Shown here: positions 48,536 through 62,167 of the stretch, piece by piece
How positions within the stretch are numbered: the stretch's first letter is position 1
Layout of the letters: the number at the start of each line of letters is the position of its first letter
Assembly: GCA_965287045.1 (NCBI GenBank)
Contig: OZ336897.1
Location: 10,726,001 to 10,790,000 of the forward strand
Length of the DNA: 64,000 nt
From: Carcharhinus amblyrhynchos
Taxonomy: Eukaryota
Direction: 5' to 3'
Notes under the pieces: model-generated
What the model was told of the DNA's origin: nothing
The model's database searches: none
What the model saw: only the letters and a program-made list of their open reading frames with translations
Translations under genes and position numbers: made by a program

Positions 48536-50104
48536 TACTAGCAGCCTACTTGTACTGTGACCGCATTAAAAGGGCAATTTTCTATAACACAAGATTAAAA
48601 TCACTTATTTTATAGAGGGTGAAATTAACTCATGAAAAACACATGTTAGGAATTAGATGCAACCCAATAGTTGTGCACCTGATGAAGCATTGTCCACAAT
48701 TCAAATATGAAAATACTTCCATAAGAGCTAATTTCTCAGCACCTCAATTGGACCAACAGAAAAGGTGAGGAAACAAAATAGCAAAGACAGCATGTTAAAA
48801 TAGCTGAAGTAGTAGTACAAAAGATAGTTGATCAAAAGCTTCAAATTCTGATTAGTAATTGAATGCTTGATTCACGGACAGTTGCCTAACTCAAGACATG
48901 TGCATTTTAAGTCCAACAGTTTTGCAATCCTTCATAAAGTACAGCTAGAATTTACTGCTTCACACCAATTTTGTGCTACATGTAAAATACTCATGAAGGT
49001 CCATCTTGGCCAATTTTCTTTTCTATTTTCCTAATAGCATCATTTTTATATAATTCCACGAGGCATCACTGCTTCAGCCAAGAGGTCATTCTTCATTTGT
49101 GATCCTGACAGTAAGTGCTAAAAACCTTAATTGCGAGAACAACGCAACCTTCTGTTCATTTATTTTCTCTATATTGTCATTCACAGGATTACTGGACAGC
49201 ACAGAAGGAGAAACTTTCATTAGTTCCACACCCCTCTCACCATTACCTAGTGGAAACATGGCAAACTATAGCAATTCCCACTGTAGATAACTTCATTTTT
49301 GCACATATTGTGTTACAGCTAACACAGCTATGTGACAAATGCAGACTTACTTTTTAAAAAAAGTAAGGGCAGATGAAAACAAATGCCCTAAAATACATGT
49401 TTTTAAGCCTTTTATTAAAAATAAACAGGAAGAACGTTATCAGACAGCTATTATTGTCTTTGTTTTCCTTAGTGTTTAACCTAGGTTCTCTCTCCTCACT
49501 TTGCTTTGCTCTGGCAACATTCTGCGCCATACACAGCCTTTTCTGTTTATCCTTGTCTTACTCTACTCTAACCCCCCTCCCATAGTGTGGTTTTCCTCCC
49601 CATTTTCACTGAAGTCCTACAAATGCTACCAGCTAAGAACAATCTTTTCTGCAAATCATATAGGGTGGTTGACAATTTAGCAATGTAGCATTAAAATTGT
49701 GCAATTATTAAATTTACATAGAAACAGTTTAAAACCCAAGTCTTGAATGAGCTGCTTACCCTACACTCCATCTTTGTACTACATTTTTATATTAATTTTA
49801 CATCTATTTTATTTATCTTCAATTACTGTGCTTAGTTGTCATCAGTACAGTGCGGTCTGGCAAAAAAATTCAAACATTTCGGCTTTGAGTAATTACATCA
49901 GCTCATCAACACTCAAGTCGTGCATAACATTCCCAGTGGGAAACAAAAGCAAGAAACACACTCAATGAATCATGGAGTCCTGATGCACTTGCACGGCCAA
50001 CCAATGCAGAAAAGGCTCAACAAAACCAATTACATTGTTGGAACTGCATGACCAAAATAAAGAAGAAAGAGGAAATACTGATCAAGCTGCAGAAGTAAAT
50101 TTTC

Positions 50105-50290
50105 CACAGTCCCAGCTGACTCTAGGCTGACTGGTGGTGACTCAACCTGGGGATCACACCTCAGGCTAGGGGCAGGTTGAGAAGGCAGACCTTCATGAAT
50201 AACCTCAACCAGTACGGGAATCGAACCCACTCTGATGGCACTGCACCGCATCACAAACCAGTCGTCCAGCCAATTGAGCTAACCGACCCT
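50105..50290 (-). mobile_element. Short tRNA-derived SINE
   Basis: Minus strand gggtcggttagctcaattggctggacgactgg...gggttcgattcccgtactgg has A and B boxes followed by a non-tRNA body. Confidence 0.7.
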
Positions 50291-51074
50291 GACAAGCTAA
50301 ATGAAGTTCTGGGTGGACTACAGAATACAGGTTGACATTCAGAGGATAGAGGCAGTGCAATGAAGAGCCACAAGCAAGATGGGTTTGAATCCTGAAGAAA
50401 GAGTGGAGAAACTTGGATTTTCCAGCTTCGAAATGAGGCAGGAGAGGTAGACTTCAATTAGCACAGGGAAAGATTAAATTAATAGTACCTTGAAGCAAAT
50501 TCAGAGTTGGTGGACAAGGAGACAGTGGTTGAAACCAGTAAAAGCTGAAATTAGGAAACTACTCTTCACAAAAATACTCCTGGATAAAGTAATGCAGCCA
50601 AAGAAACACTGGAATAATTTAATAATTAAATTATGCAATTGAGGGAGGAGTATGGAAAACAACTGGAGCTTCTTCATAGGTCAAATAGCCTTCATCATCC
50701 CAGGGATAGCAACAAATGCCAGCTTCTATCAGTAATGCACACGTGACGAGAATTAATGAAAAGAAAATGATCTAGTGAGACATTTCAAAATTTGAATCTA
50801 GATTAGGAAAAGCACTTGGAGCTAGAAAAATGCCTGCAGAAAACAAAACAATTTTACAGAATGCTGTTAAGTTTTCACTATACAAAATCATATACAAAAC
50901 ATGGTTTCTTAATTTCAAGATTTTATTTTTAATTCCTCTGTTTCACAAGATGAACGATGAGGGAAGGGAGTCTCAAAAATCAAAACTAATCAATATTTGG
51001 GCACGTGATAACATTATTTCATCAACTACACATTGAGACACACTCTGGACCAGAAGACAGACATTCTGGCATGG

Positions 51075-52383
51075 TAGGAATCACATAACATCAAGTTAAA
51101 GTCCAACCGGTTTATTTGGTAGCACAAGTTTCAGAATAACACTCCTTCTTCAGGTGAGTGAAAAGTTGTGTTCACAAACAGGACATATACACAGACTCAA
51201 TTTACAAGATAATGGTTGGAATGCAAGTCTTTACGGGTAATCATGTCTTTACAGGTACAGACAATGCGAGTGGAGAGAGGGCTAAGCACAGGTTAAAGAC
51301 ATGTGAATTGTCTCCAGCCAGGACAGTTAGTGAGATTTTTCGAGCCCAGGCAAGACATAGGGGTTACAGATAGTGTGACATGAACCCAAGATCCCAGTGT
51401 GGAACTTGGCTATTAGTTTGATTAATGATTTTGCACTGTCGTGTATCGTGAAAACCACCTTGGAGAACGCTTACTCGAAGATCAGAGGCTGAATGCCCCT
51501 GACTGCTGAAGTGTTCCCCGATAGGAAGGGAACACTCCTGCCTGGTGATTGTTGAGTGGTGTTCATTCATCCGTTGTCATAGCGTCTGCATGGCCTTGCC
51601 AATGTACCATGCCTCGAGACATCCTTTCCTGCACCATATCAGGTAGACAACGTTGGCCAAGTTGCAAGTGTATGCACCATGTACCTGGTGGATGGTATTC
51701 TCACGTGTTGATGATCTGGCACATCTTGCAGAGGTTACTGTAGCAGGGTTGTGTGGTGTCATGGTCATGTTCTCCTAAAGGCTGGGTAGTTTGCTGCGGA
51801 CAACGGTTTGTTTGAATATCTGGCCTTGGCGAGATGTTTGGCTTCATTGGTGACATATTGATGTCCAGAGGCTCCGGAGAAGTTGTCAATCGCCAGTTAG
51901 AAGTATTCTCTTCCTGCTGGAGAACACTTCAGCAGTCAAGGGTATTCAGTCTCTGATCTTCAGATAAGCTTTCTCCAAGGTGGCCTTCACAAATACGACA
52001 ATGCAAAATCACTGAGCAAAAACTGATAGCCAAGTTCCATACATGAGGATGGCCTCAACCAGGATCTTGGGTTCATGTCACACTATCTTGACTTGCCTGG
52101 GCTTACAAAATCTTTTAACTGAGACTTGAGACAATTCACACCTCTTTAACTTGTCCTTAACCCTTAGTCCACTCACATTGTCTGTACCTGTAAAGACTCA
52201 TGTTCCAATTATAATCTTGTAAATTGTGTCTACTATGCCCTATTTGTGAACACAACTCTTCACTCACCTGAAGGAGCAACACTCCAAAAGCTTGTGTTAC
52301 CAAATAAACCTATTGGACTTTAAGCTGATGTTGTGAGACTTCTCACTGTGCCCACCGCAGTCCAACGCCGGCATCTCCACATC
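51075..52383. mobile_element. Penelope-like element with two head-to-head 5'-truncated arms and GIY-YIG remnants
   Basis: Left arm (minus, ~51075-51890) has NVVYLIWC...WYIG and MNEH...IGEHF. Right arm (plus, ~51893-52383) has the endonuclease end, pLTR and tail. Degenerate TSD ggtaggaatc / ggtaggagtc. Confidence 0.9.
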
Positions 52384-52727
52384 GGTAGGAGTCCCCAGGT
52401 AAAGAAAACATGAATGCCCCTTTCTACTCTCTAACAGATCGTTCACATACATTAAATAAAATGGAAAGACAAAGCTGAATACAAAGATGACATCCTACAA
52501 CGATGTAAATTCAAACCACACAGAATCAGAATGGACAAAAAACTTTATACAAAGCATGCTGAGTTTATAGTGGCATTCATGCGCCATGCGACCCTCCTCC
52601 CACTAGTTTTCACCTGACTCTAAGCATAACCTTCTAGTCCTTTTTTTTCCCAATATACTTGCCTAGCTTCCCCGTAAAAATATTTTTGCTATTTACTTTA
52701 GCTAATCTTTCTTCCACATTTGTGGCC

Positions 52728-53331
52728 GCTGTCTTGCTGCAGCTGTATAGGGCATTGGTGAGGCCGCAGCTGGAGTACTGTGTGCAGTTTTGGTCGCCGC
52801 ACTTACGCAAGGATATTTTGGCCTTGGAGGGAGTGCAGAGGAGGTTTACTAGGCTGATACCGGAGTTGAGGGGGTTGAGCTACGAGAAGAGGCTGAATAA
52901 ACTAGGCTTGCACTCATTAGAGTTTAGAAGAATGAGGGGAGATCTCGTTGAGACATATAAGATGATGAATGGGATGGATAGGATAGAGGTGGAGAGACTC
53001 TTCCTGCTCAGAAAGGACAGTAGGACTAGGGGGCACAGCCTCAAGATAAAGGGGGGGGGGGGGGATGCGATTTAGAACGGAGTTGTGGAGAAACTTCTTC
53101 ACTCAAAGGGTGGTGAATCTCTGGAATTCTCTGCCCGTTGAAGTGGTGGAGGCTGCCTCGCTAAATATTTTTAAGATGCGGGTTGATGGCTTTTTGATAA
53201 GCGAGAAGAGGGGGAGAGGGCGGGAATGTGGAACTGAGCCACGACAGATCAGCCATGATCTTACTGAATGGCGGGGCAGGCTCGAAGGGCTAGATGGCCT
53301 ACTCCTGCTCCTATTTCTTATGTTCTTATGT
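52728..53331 (+). mobile_element. Young CR1 3' end, 5'-truncated
   Basis: VLLQLYRALVRPQLEYCVQFW..., frameshifted at a 14-G run (53051-53064), with tail ttcttatgttcttatg. Confidence 0.94.
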
Positions 53332-53962
53332 CGCATGCAATCAGCTACGGGGAGCCACAGGTGGGAGCTGAGTGCCAGATGGGGACAAGGATGGACAAAC
53401 CGCCCTGAAAGGACGCAACATGTTCCCTGCCAACTACAGGGGAACTAGACAAGTAAAAGGGGCTTCTCGTAAATTTCCCATTAGATTTATCAACGACTAT
53501 TTTACACTTGTGTCTCCTTTCTTACTCTCCTGCACAAGTGAAAACGTCTTCTCTACGTCCAAACTATCAAATCCTTTCTATAAACCTTCCCTTTTCTGGA
53601 GAAAAAAAGTATCACAGCCCATTCAATCTTTCTTCGTAGACATAAGCTCTCAGTTCCAGTATTATCTTCATAAATCTTATTTTCACCTTCTCCAATACCT
53701 ACGTACGCATGTACATATGCCATTTAGCACTTTGTTCATCAACTGATAAGGTAAAGATTGTGAATTTTCAGTTAACCTGGTGAAAGCTGTGGAATTTGGG
53801 AATAGAAAGGGGTAACTAAAGACCTTTAAAGATCAGATGTCACTCACCATTTGACACTGGACAAAATACAAGGGAAAACTAAGCACCAGCACATGGGGTT
53901 TATGAAAAATATTCCTTTGCTCGTGACTGAACAAAATAAGTCTTCACTAATGGCAATTTCAA

Positions 53963-54418
53963 AGAAACATAGACGATAGGAGCAGGAGGCCATTTGGCCC
54001 TTTGAGGCTGCTCTGCCATTCATTATGATCATGACTGATCATCCAATTCAACAGCCTAATCCTGCTTTCTCCCCATAACCTTTGATCCCATTCGCCCCAG
54101 GTGCTATATCCAGCCGTCTCTTGAATACATTCAATGTTTTGGCCTCAAATACTTCCTGTGGTATGAATTCCACAGACTCACCATTCTTTGGGTGAAAAAA
54201 ATGTCTCATTTCATCTTAAATGGTTTATCCCGAATCCTCAGACTGTGACTGCTGGTTCTGAACACACCCACCATTGGGTGCATTTATTCTGTCTAGTCCT
54301 GTTAGAATTTTATAAGTCTGTATGAGATCCCCCCTCATTCGTCTGAACTCCAGCGAAAACAATTCTAACCTCATCAATCTCTCCTCATACATCATCCCTG
54401 CCATCCCGAGAATCAGCC
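53963..54418 (-). mobile_element. CR1 3' end
   Basis: ORF 54225-54455 (YEERLMRLELFSLEFRRMRGDLIQTYKIL) and antisense 3' UTR. Confidence 0.88.
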
Positions 54419-55329
54419 AATTTTTCTCAAGACAGAAAACAAAGTAGAACCTCATTTTTTTATATAAGCTCTCAACATATCATCATCTAGTTGAAGGAGG
54501 CTGCCAAACTCTCAGAAGCACTTAATACAATTATTAGGGCTGCAATAAATGGCATAAGATCAAATGATAAGAGGATAAAGGAAAAGCAAAGGCTTGTTTT
54601 TGGCTCATTTCAATCATTTGTAAAACTTGAAGAAAAAGTGCTCATGAGTTTAATGCTTATTTCCAGCATGCTTGTATTCACAGATGAAAAGTGGGTTTCC
54701 ACAAGAAAACCTACCTCCTGTGAACCAAAAGTTTCCCCCTCAGGCAAGGCCACGAATGAGATAACATACCACAGTTATAAATGCCTTGCAACTGCAGCTT
54801 AACACACTAGATAGCACATGGATTGCCTATGTTGTGTACATAAAAAGGCATTAAATATATATATAGGGAAAGCTTCCTTCCCAACTGATCAATGAAATGT
54901 ATTTAAATAATCTGCAAGACTCTTGGAAGACGATCTGAAGGTTACCCACAATGTCCAAGCACAATCTCCAGAAATAAGACTGAAGTAAATTATAGATAGT
55001 TAACACTGAACTAATGTTTATAAAAAGCCAAATGAACCCTTCTGATTCAAAAATAGATCAACGTTACATCATGAAATATGTCAGCTTTCACTCCAAATGT
55101 TCCTGATAGGGTGGCAAATGGATAACCTATGTACCCCAATTTGCAAACTTTTGTACATTAATATTAAAGGCAGCTCCGGCAAACAAAAAGTTGACCAAAA
55201 TCATTTTCACAATCCCCAGATCCCTCTGAGCTCCCAAATATCCTGCCATTCACTGAGAATTCCCTTGCCTTCCAAGATGCATCAACTCACATTTTTCAGG
55301 TTAATTCTCTCCTCCAAAATTTCCCCACT

Positions 55330-55505
55330 GGTTTCCCTACCACTGACATGAGACTCATCAGTCTATAATTCCAATTTGCCTCTACCACCCTTCTTGAAAA
55401 GTGGAACCACATAAGCTGACCTCTGGCATCTCCATTGTGACTAAAGAGGAATCAAAAATTTGGGTCAGAGTCCCTGTAATTTCCTTCCTTGCCACATACA
55501 GCAGG
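55330..55505 (-). mobile_element. Old internal CR1 fragment
   Basis: Antisense of the EITGTL...VVPLFKKG...NYRL region. Confidence 0.55.
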
Positions 55506-58500
55506 AGTCTTCTTCCTGGGGCATAACTGAACCCTCCCCAGGCACAACAAAAATCTGTCACCTACTCAGCAAACAGGAAAGGAAATGAAATGTGTGAAAT
55601 CAGCAGGACAAATGAAAACGGGAGATATAGACGGGAAAGCGAGTAAAGTTGTGAGGCGTTTGTACAAGCTTTATTTGAGCAAAATAGATTTCAATACATT
55701 AGGCAACATGTCATTGCTTTATATGTGTGCATTGTACTAGGAGGAAAAAAAAAAATCAGAAAAAGGAATATATATAAGCTGCTGAAGAGGAAAGTTACTT
55801 TAAAATATACAAACCCCCAAATGCAAAATCAAAATCTTATCCATCCGAATACAGATGATGGGAAACAGATCCATCCACACCAAATCAGTTTAACATTTGA
55901 TTATTGCAATATAACTTGCTAACCGCTCTGCCACAGATTCTGCCAACAAAATTACATGCAATAGACAATCTTTTTTATTTAGAAGTATCAGACTGGCAGA
56001 TTCATATTGCAATAATTTCACACCTAGAAATAATTTATATAGATTAATAAAGGTGGACAAACAAGTGAAATATTCACACTGAAAAGATGTAGGCAGCTAC
56101 ATTCCATTAATTTAAAAAAATGTATGAGCTGCTGTATTATTTTCTGAATTTTATATAATACACTGCGACATCAGCAGTAGAAGTGCCACAACTGAAGATT
56201 ATATTCACTTCCGCATGTCAGAGATTCATTGAGTGCAGCCAACCACACTTTAGGGTCAAGCACTAGAGGAAAGGAGAGAATGAGCACCCCACGGCCATGA
56301 ATGTTTATGCGAATAAGTCAACACAAAAATGGAATATGTATGTCAATAACTACTTATATTGAAAAAGCCTGTATCTAAATTTATACGGGATCCATTTCTT
56401 GGAATCTTTCGAAGACAAAGGGAAGAATTCTCCCAATTTTGGATCAGGTACCATGGCATGGCAGGGCAGGAATATGCCAAGCGTTTACTGCTGAAGAGGC
56501 TGGCAAGAAAGCGCACCAAATCTTCCGGCGCTGACTTAACTAATTATGTATCTGGGTATTTTGCACCATATTCTGTGGCTGTGCAGACCTGAAGATGCAT
56601 AATCCTATTTAGGCACCATATTGAAGAGATGTCCAACATCACTGACCCACTAATGAAGAAAGAAGATGGACTTCTAAGGCATTCTGAGGCTAGTAGAGGG
56701 ATCCCCTCCAAGATATCAAACTTGCAAGGTTCAGGTTCAGATAGTCTCCCAACACACTGCTGTTGTGTTCTAGGGTAAGCAGGCGGCCTCAATTCCAAAC
56801 TCCAGCAGCAGCTCCAGGCATTGTTCAGGTGAATCCTGACTGCTGCATGTCACATTGTTCCAAACACGCCTCACGTCAACATGTTTTCCTGCCAGCACTG
56901 CAGAGAATTCAGATGGGGAGTCAGGTCTCAACATGCAAATTAGTTTCACATCATGGCACCAGCAGAAGATCCCGCTGTAAACTCACTCCAGTGAGAGATT
57001 GATTTTTGGGCCTCTCATTACAGTCTCTCTCCACAACCACCAAACGTGCCAGCAGGGGCCTGGGGGATTTCAGTCCAATGTCTCCCTTTTCTCCAGTCAA
57101 CTTTTCTCATGATATTTGTTTGCTCAGAAAATTGAAATGAGATATGCTACAAAATAATTTAAAAGAAACTTGAACTAACAAAGTAAAAAACCCATTCCAA
57201 AGGCAAGGCGTTGCCTTAAACTACAATGACGCAGCGACTTACAACAGAGAAACCGTTTCCAACCCCACATACTATGATAAACCCCCACAAACTAATCTCT
57301 TCAGATATGTGATCAGAACTTGGGTGCACCCTTTGAGTTGAGCATGTAAATCTATAATTGGCTCAATGTCATTGTCTGTGTACAAATACCTTAACTTCGA
57401 CCTTTGGGGTAATCCTAATCCTTTTATTCTCTCTAATCACCCACACTTAATTCACCTTTAGTACAGTGAAGCATTTATTTTCTTCACAGAAAATGAGTTT
57501 CATTATTGGATCTCAAGAATTGTTCTACATTTTAACTTTGGTAGACAGTTGAGCCCCCATCTAGCCCATAAACTAGACAATTACACATGTCAACAAGTCT
57601 GGTGATGAAAATGACTGAAAAAAAACTTTAAATGTGATACCTTACACGTAATAAAGATCCTTCTGATTTAAACAAATTGCATAAACTCTGCTTTGACGTA
57701 GATTGACAAATTCTTTAACAATACTGCCCTGGAGAAGGAGAACTTATAGTTATCAAAATGTAGAGAATTCAGTGAGACTATTACACTGGCCTGACACCAT
57801 ACAGCTTTCTCCACTCCCGCCATTTAAAGAATTTGGATATCTGCCCAAGATTAAAATAAGAAAGCTGGCTCCATGCCGTACTGAACAAATCTTGCAGTGA
57901 AATTGCGGAACTGTGTGCATTTTTGGAGATGGAGAAAAAGGCCCAGTGTTAAAAAAATTCCAACCTAAAATGCACAGCCAAACAGAAAACAGGGAATTTA
58001 GGATTTAAAAACAAACCACAGAATCTTTCAGTTCAAGACTGATCATATTTTTAAAAAGTAAAACAAAAAACTGGCCCCAGATGAACATAATCAACCACTG
58101 AAGTAAATTAATTTAAGACCAGCATGACATACTGATGGGTACAAGACAGATTTATACCTACAAAATCTCACACATCATTTGCAATCACAGTGGGGATTAC
58201 CCAGTGGAGAGCGAGCACTTCTCCCATGGGAAATTTGATACCCCGAGGCTTTTCTTACACTTTTTTTTAAAGCAACAGTTCCAAAGCAGCACTCCTGGTT
58301 TCATCTTTGTCATCAACCAGGGAAAGTTGCAAAGATACAATAATACATTTTTAAAACTGGAACTAAACAGAATGAAAACTATTTTAAAAACCCCAAACCC
58401 TTAATTTCAACATTATTCCCCCATCACTTAGCACAGCACCAGCATACCACAAGCACAAGGGGACGATTACATGGAGCTGAGCCATTTTCCATTACATAAA

Positions 58501-58614
58501 TAGTTACTGAGAAGTGCAGTCCAGATTAACTGTTACATGGACCTTAAAGAATAGCCATTTGACATTTTATCCACAGTTACATTGGATTCCACAAAAAAAT
58601 GGAAATTCTAATCA

Positions 58615-58695
58615 TACATGCAATTCAGCCATGATCTACTCGAAAGGCGAAGCAAGCTTGACGGGCTGACTGGTCTAGTCCTGTTCTTATGCTCC
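58615..58695 (+). mobile_element. CR1 terminal fragment
   Basis: tcagccatgatctactcgaaaggcgaagcaagcttgacgggctgactggtctagtcctgttcttatg. Confidence 0.7.
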
Positions 58696-61600
58696 CAGAA
58701 AGCAATACCCAAGAGAGACCTTCATATACTCTAAACCTGGGACACGTAATTCAACATACCAACTAGGGATATCTTCTAGTTTTTGCTAGTTTGCACAAAG
58801 TAACTCACTAGCATGGATGACTAAGACAGCTTTCTGCACATCAACCCTGACACCAATCCTTCATTTAATCCTCCTTTATCAGCTGTACTTTTTCAATTCA
58901 AAAAACTCACCTATTTCAAACAATAGATGAGATTTACAAAGAAAATTGCGTCAAGTAATCAATTCAAAAAAATCCACTCAAAATAATAATCCTGATTTTT
59001 ACTGAGATTGTACCACTGAATTTACATTGATTTCTCTTCCACAAATATCAATGATCTGCCTGAACTAATGAGACAAACCTAAATTGTGCTCCCACTTGCA
59101 ACAAATTCGCAGCACCCCCTTTTGAGTTACATGAGGAGATACCCAATTGTAGTTTCTGAAACACAAATTACCATTCCAGTATGAAATAAACTTTAGCTTA
59201 AGCACTAGTTCCAATTTCTGACCAATCAAATCACATTACCAAATGCTGAATCCCCCATCTCAATGTTAGATATACACATTCTTCCACACCCAAGCTAAAC
59301 CAGCCAATGAAAACATCAGCATCTTGTGCAATGGCCAGACAAATGTGACAAATATAGCATCATTATTACTTAATTCTACACAATACTTCAAGTAGCGTCG
59401 CTGCTATTCCGCATGCACGTTCTGAAACGTTTGGAAAGCATGGCTGCACCAAAGTTTCTTATCTCAAAACTATAGAATATTTTTCAACAGTTTGAACTTC
59501 AAGAAAATACCAAAAAAAAAGACCTGTACAAAGTGTGGCAGAAGCAGCAGACATGCTTCAGTGGTGATGTGGGGGTATATCAACAAGGCTAATGTGGCCA
59601 CAGGATTAAAAGGTTAGATGATAAAGTAAAGGTTGTCAATGTTAGCATGGCAACAAAACAAAACCTTGCCAGCACTGTTGAAGTAATGCATCTAGACAAT
59701 GGAAACTTTACGCAGCAGTTTCAACAGCTACCCGAGGCCTCATTACCCTACAAATGAGTTGATTATTGCTTATTTTATCCCAAGCCACAATATCAACTCA
59801 ACTGATTCATAAAATTACACAGTGACAATTAATGAGTTTCGATATATTACAGCTCTGAAGCAATTCAAGTGACTATTCTATAAGCCAACATTTAAATTCC
59901 AAAAATTAATTTGTAGACAATTTAACTAATCTAAGGTCAGCAGGTAGGAGCTAACATATTCTAGTTGCATTATATGATTCTCTCTGGATGCAGCATTTCA
60001 GATGCATCTGTGTGCCCTGAAAAATTTTCCCTTCAGCGTAACTATGTCAAACATTCAGAAATCCTGTCATATTTTCAATTGCTGTTTTCCTTTTTAACAC
60101 AAGACATTTTGAAAGAAAGCAAAGCTCAATGGGCATTGGGTGTTAATTCCCAGAAGTAAAAAGTTAAATGAACAGATATTATATCAGTGTTTATTTAAAT
60201 CTAGTAATACTGTACTAAAACTTCATACTTTAGTTTTCTGCCTCTAAATGAGACCACTCAGCTGCTTATAAACACACAGGTTAAGGACAGTTTTCAGTAA
60301 TGTCTTGAGATTGAATTATGAATATGTAGAAATATAAATGAGTCTCCCCACAAAAAGGTTGTCCTATAATTCTAACGTTGTAAAAAGGAGTTGTCTTTAG
60401 CAAAGTTACCTAGTACATAGATACCACGGTTGAAATATTTTTTAAGGGCTGTTTCTGAGAAAAGAAACTGTCTAGCATAATTTTGTCAAGGGTTACTTTC
60501 CTTGATTTGGGGGACAGGGACCGTCTTTGATTCTTCTTTTTCATTTGGGGATGGCGGGGTGAAATGGGTTGATAATCAGGATTTCAGAAAGAGACTTTAT
60601 GGTAGAGAAGAACCAACAAGTGACAATGTCAGCATAGAAGTGGATAAAATGTATCAAAAGGTGGCAAATCTCACCTAAGAGAGCTGCCATCCCTTGACTC
60701 AGCTCACAGTGGAAAAAACACATCAAAATGCCTGGCAATCTACACTGATCTTATGGTTTATTAATTCCACAAACTACACAAAATGGCTCCTAATATCACC
60801 AATGTTGAACTTGGCATCACCCACGTGCTACCGTTGCCTGCCATCTGAAAGTCTGTTCACCATCTAAATACAATTCCCAATTTACAACAATAAACTAATA
60901 TAATCTCTCCAACCACTAGTATCACCATACAATTATAAGGAAATTAAAATGGGACGAACCTTCTCTGCACTTGCTACTACCCTTGTAGACACACTCAGTA
61001 CAGGCAGCTCCCTGGGCTTGCTCCCAGCCCCGTCAATGGCTGCATCCACCCTCTTTCTTTTATTTTTCCTGTTTCTTCACCTCTGTCCTGGGCCTCCGGT
61101 CAGAGGATGTTGAAAGGGTTGGGCTCGTCATCCAGCATAACTGCTCCTTTACCTTAAATCATAGGTTTCAGCTTTCCAGCTCTCGCTGCTACTCCACAAG
61201 AGCAGAATTGTCCCATGGCCCTGGCAGCAGGTTTGAATTATCAGCACACTATTATGCACAACAACTGCGATTTTGCACTGAAGTTCAACTCAGTGAACTC
61301 ACCAACTTCATTTACTTTTTTTTATATTTTCTATAAAGATAACGACTTATCTGAGCCCCAATTCATCAATGCCAGCTATACTTTGATTCCTCATCCCAGA
61401 AGCTAATCTTCAAAAGCAATCCAAGGCAATGAACAGTAGCAAGCTATTCGACAATGGAGTACATCAATGGCATGTTCAAACCTGTCCTTGCCCAACATCC
61501 ATACATATTTCCAGATAGTCAAATAGGTAGTCGATTTTCTTTCTCCTTTCTAATCCAGGGATTGGAAGTCAGTTGAAGCTCTGTCAGAGCTTCCCCAACT

Positions 61601-62167
61601 GAGATAAGTTAATGGCACAGACTAGAAACCAAATCAAAGGTCTTCTGGTCTTTATAGAACATTCGCACACTGTCTTTACCAATTGAGTCAGCAAAGGAGC
61701 AATGTTTGTGTTCAAACTGACATTTGCTGTAGAAGGTTTTACAGATGAAAGAGCAAGTTGAGCCAATACCATTATTTATTCAGCACAGTACTTTACACTT
61801 TCATGCTGTCAGCAAAAAAATGCCCAACTAAAAACCAAGTAACAACTGTGTAACTTGCAATTTGCCATTATACATTTGTTTTTTTTGACAGATTCACTAG
61901 GAACTCAACACTGAAACCTCGGAGAAATGACAGTATTTTAGAAAGCCATTAATCAAGTTCACTCCCACTTCACTTAAATCAACGTGTTGGGTTACTGTGG
62001 GTATGTTACTGTCAAGATCTCAGACTTGTACCAGGTGCCCAATTCCTGAAACTGGCATTACTGGGAGAATACAGCCTGGAACAAATTACTACATTAGCCT
62101 GAAGTCTTGTAATCACAAGATTTTCATGAAAGCATAGTCCCACTTTTCAAACTATTAACTTCATGTT

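Noticed and set aside
53051-53064. 14-G run, possible G-quadruplex
   Set aside because: Slippage expansion or homopolymer error of the short G-run seen at this position in sister CR1 copies.
56420-57075. Possible non-autonomous DNA transposon
   Set aside because: Slightly GC-richer block, but convincing TIRs or a TSD could not be defined.
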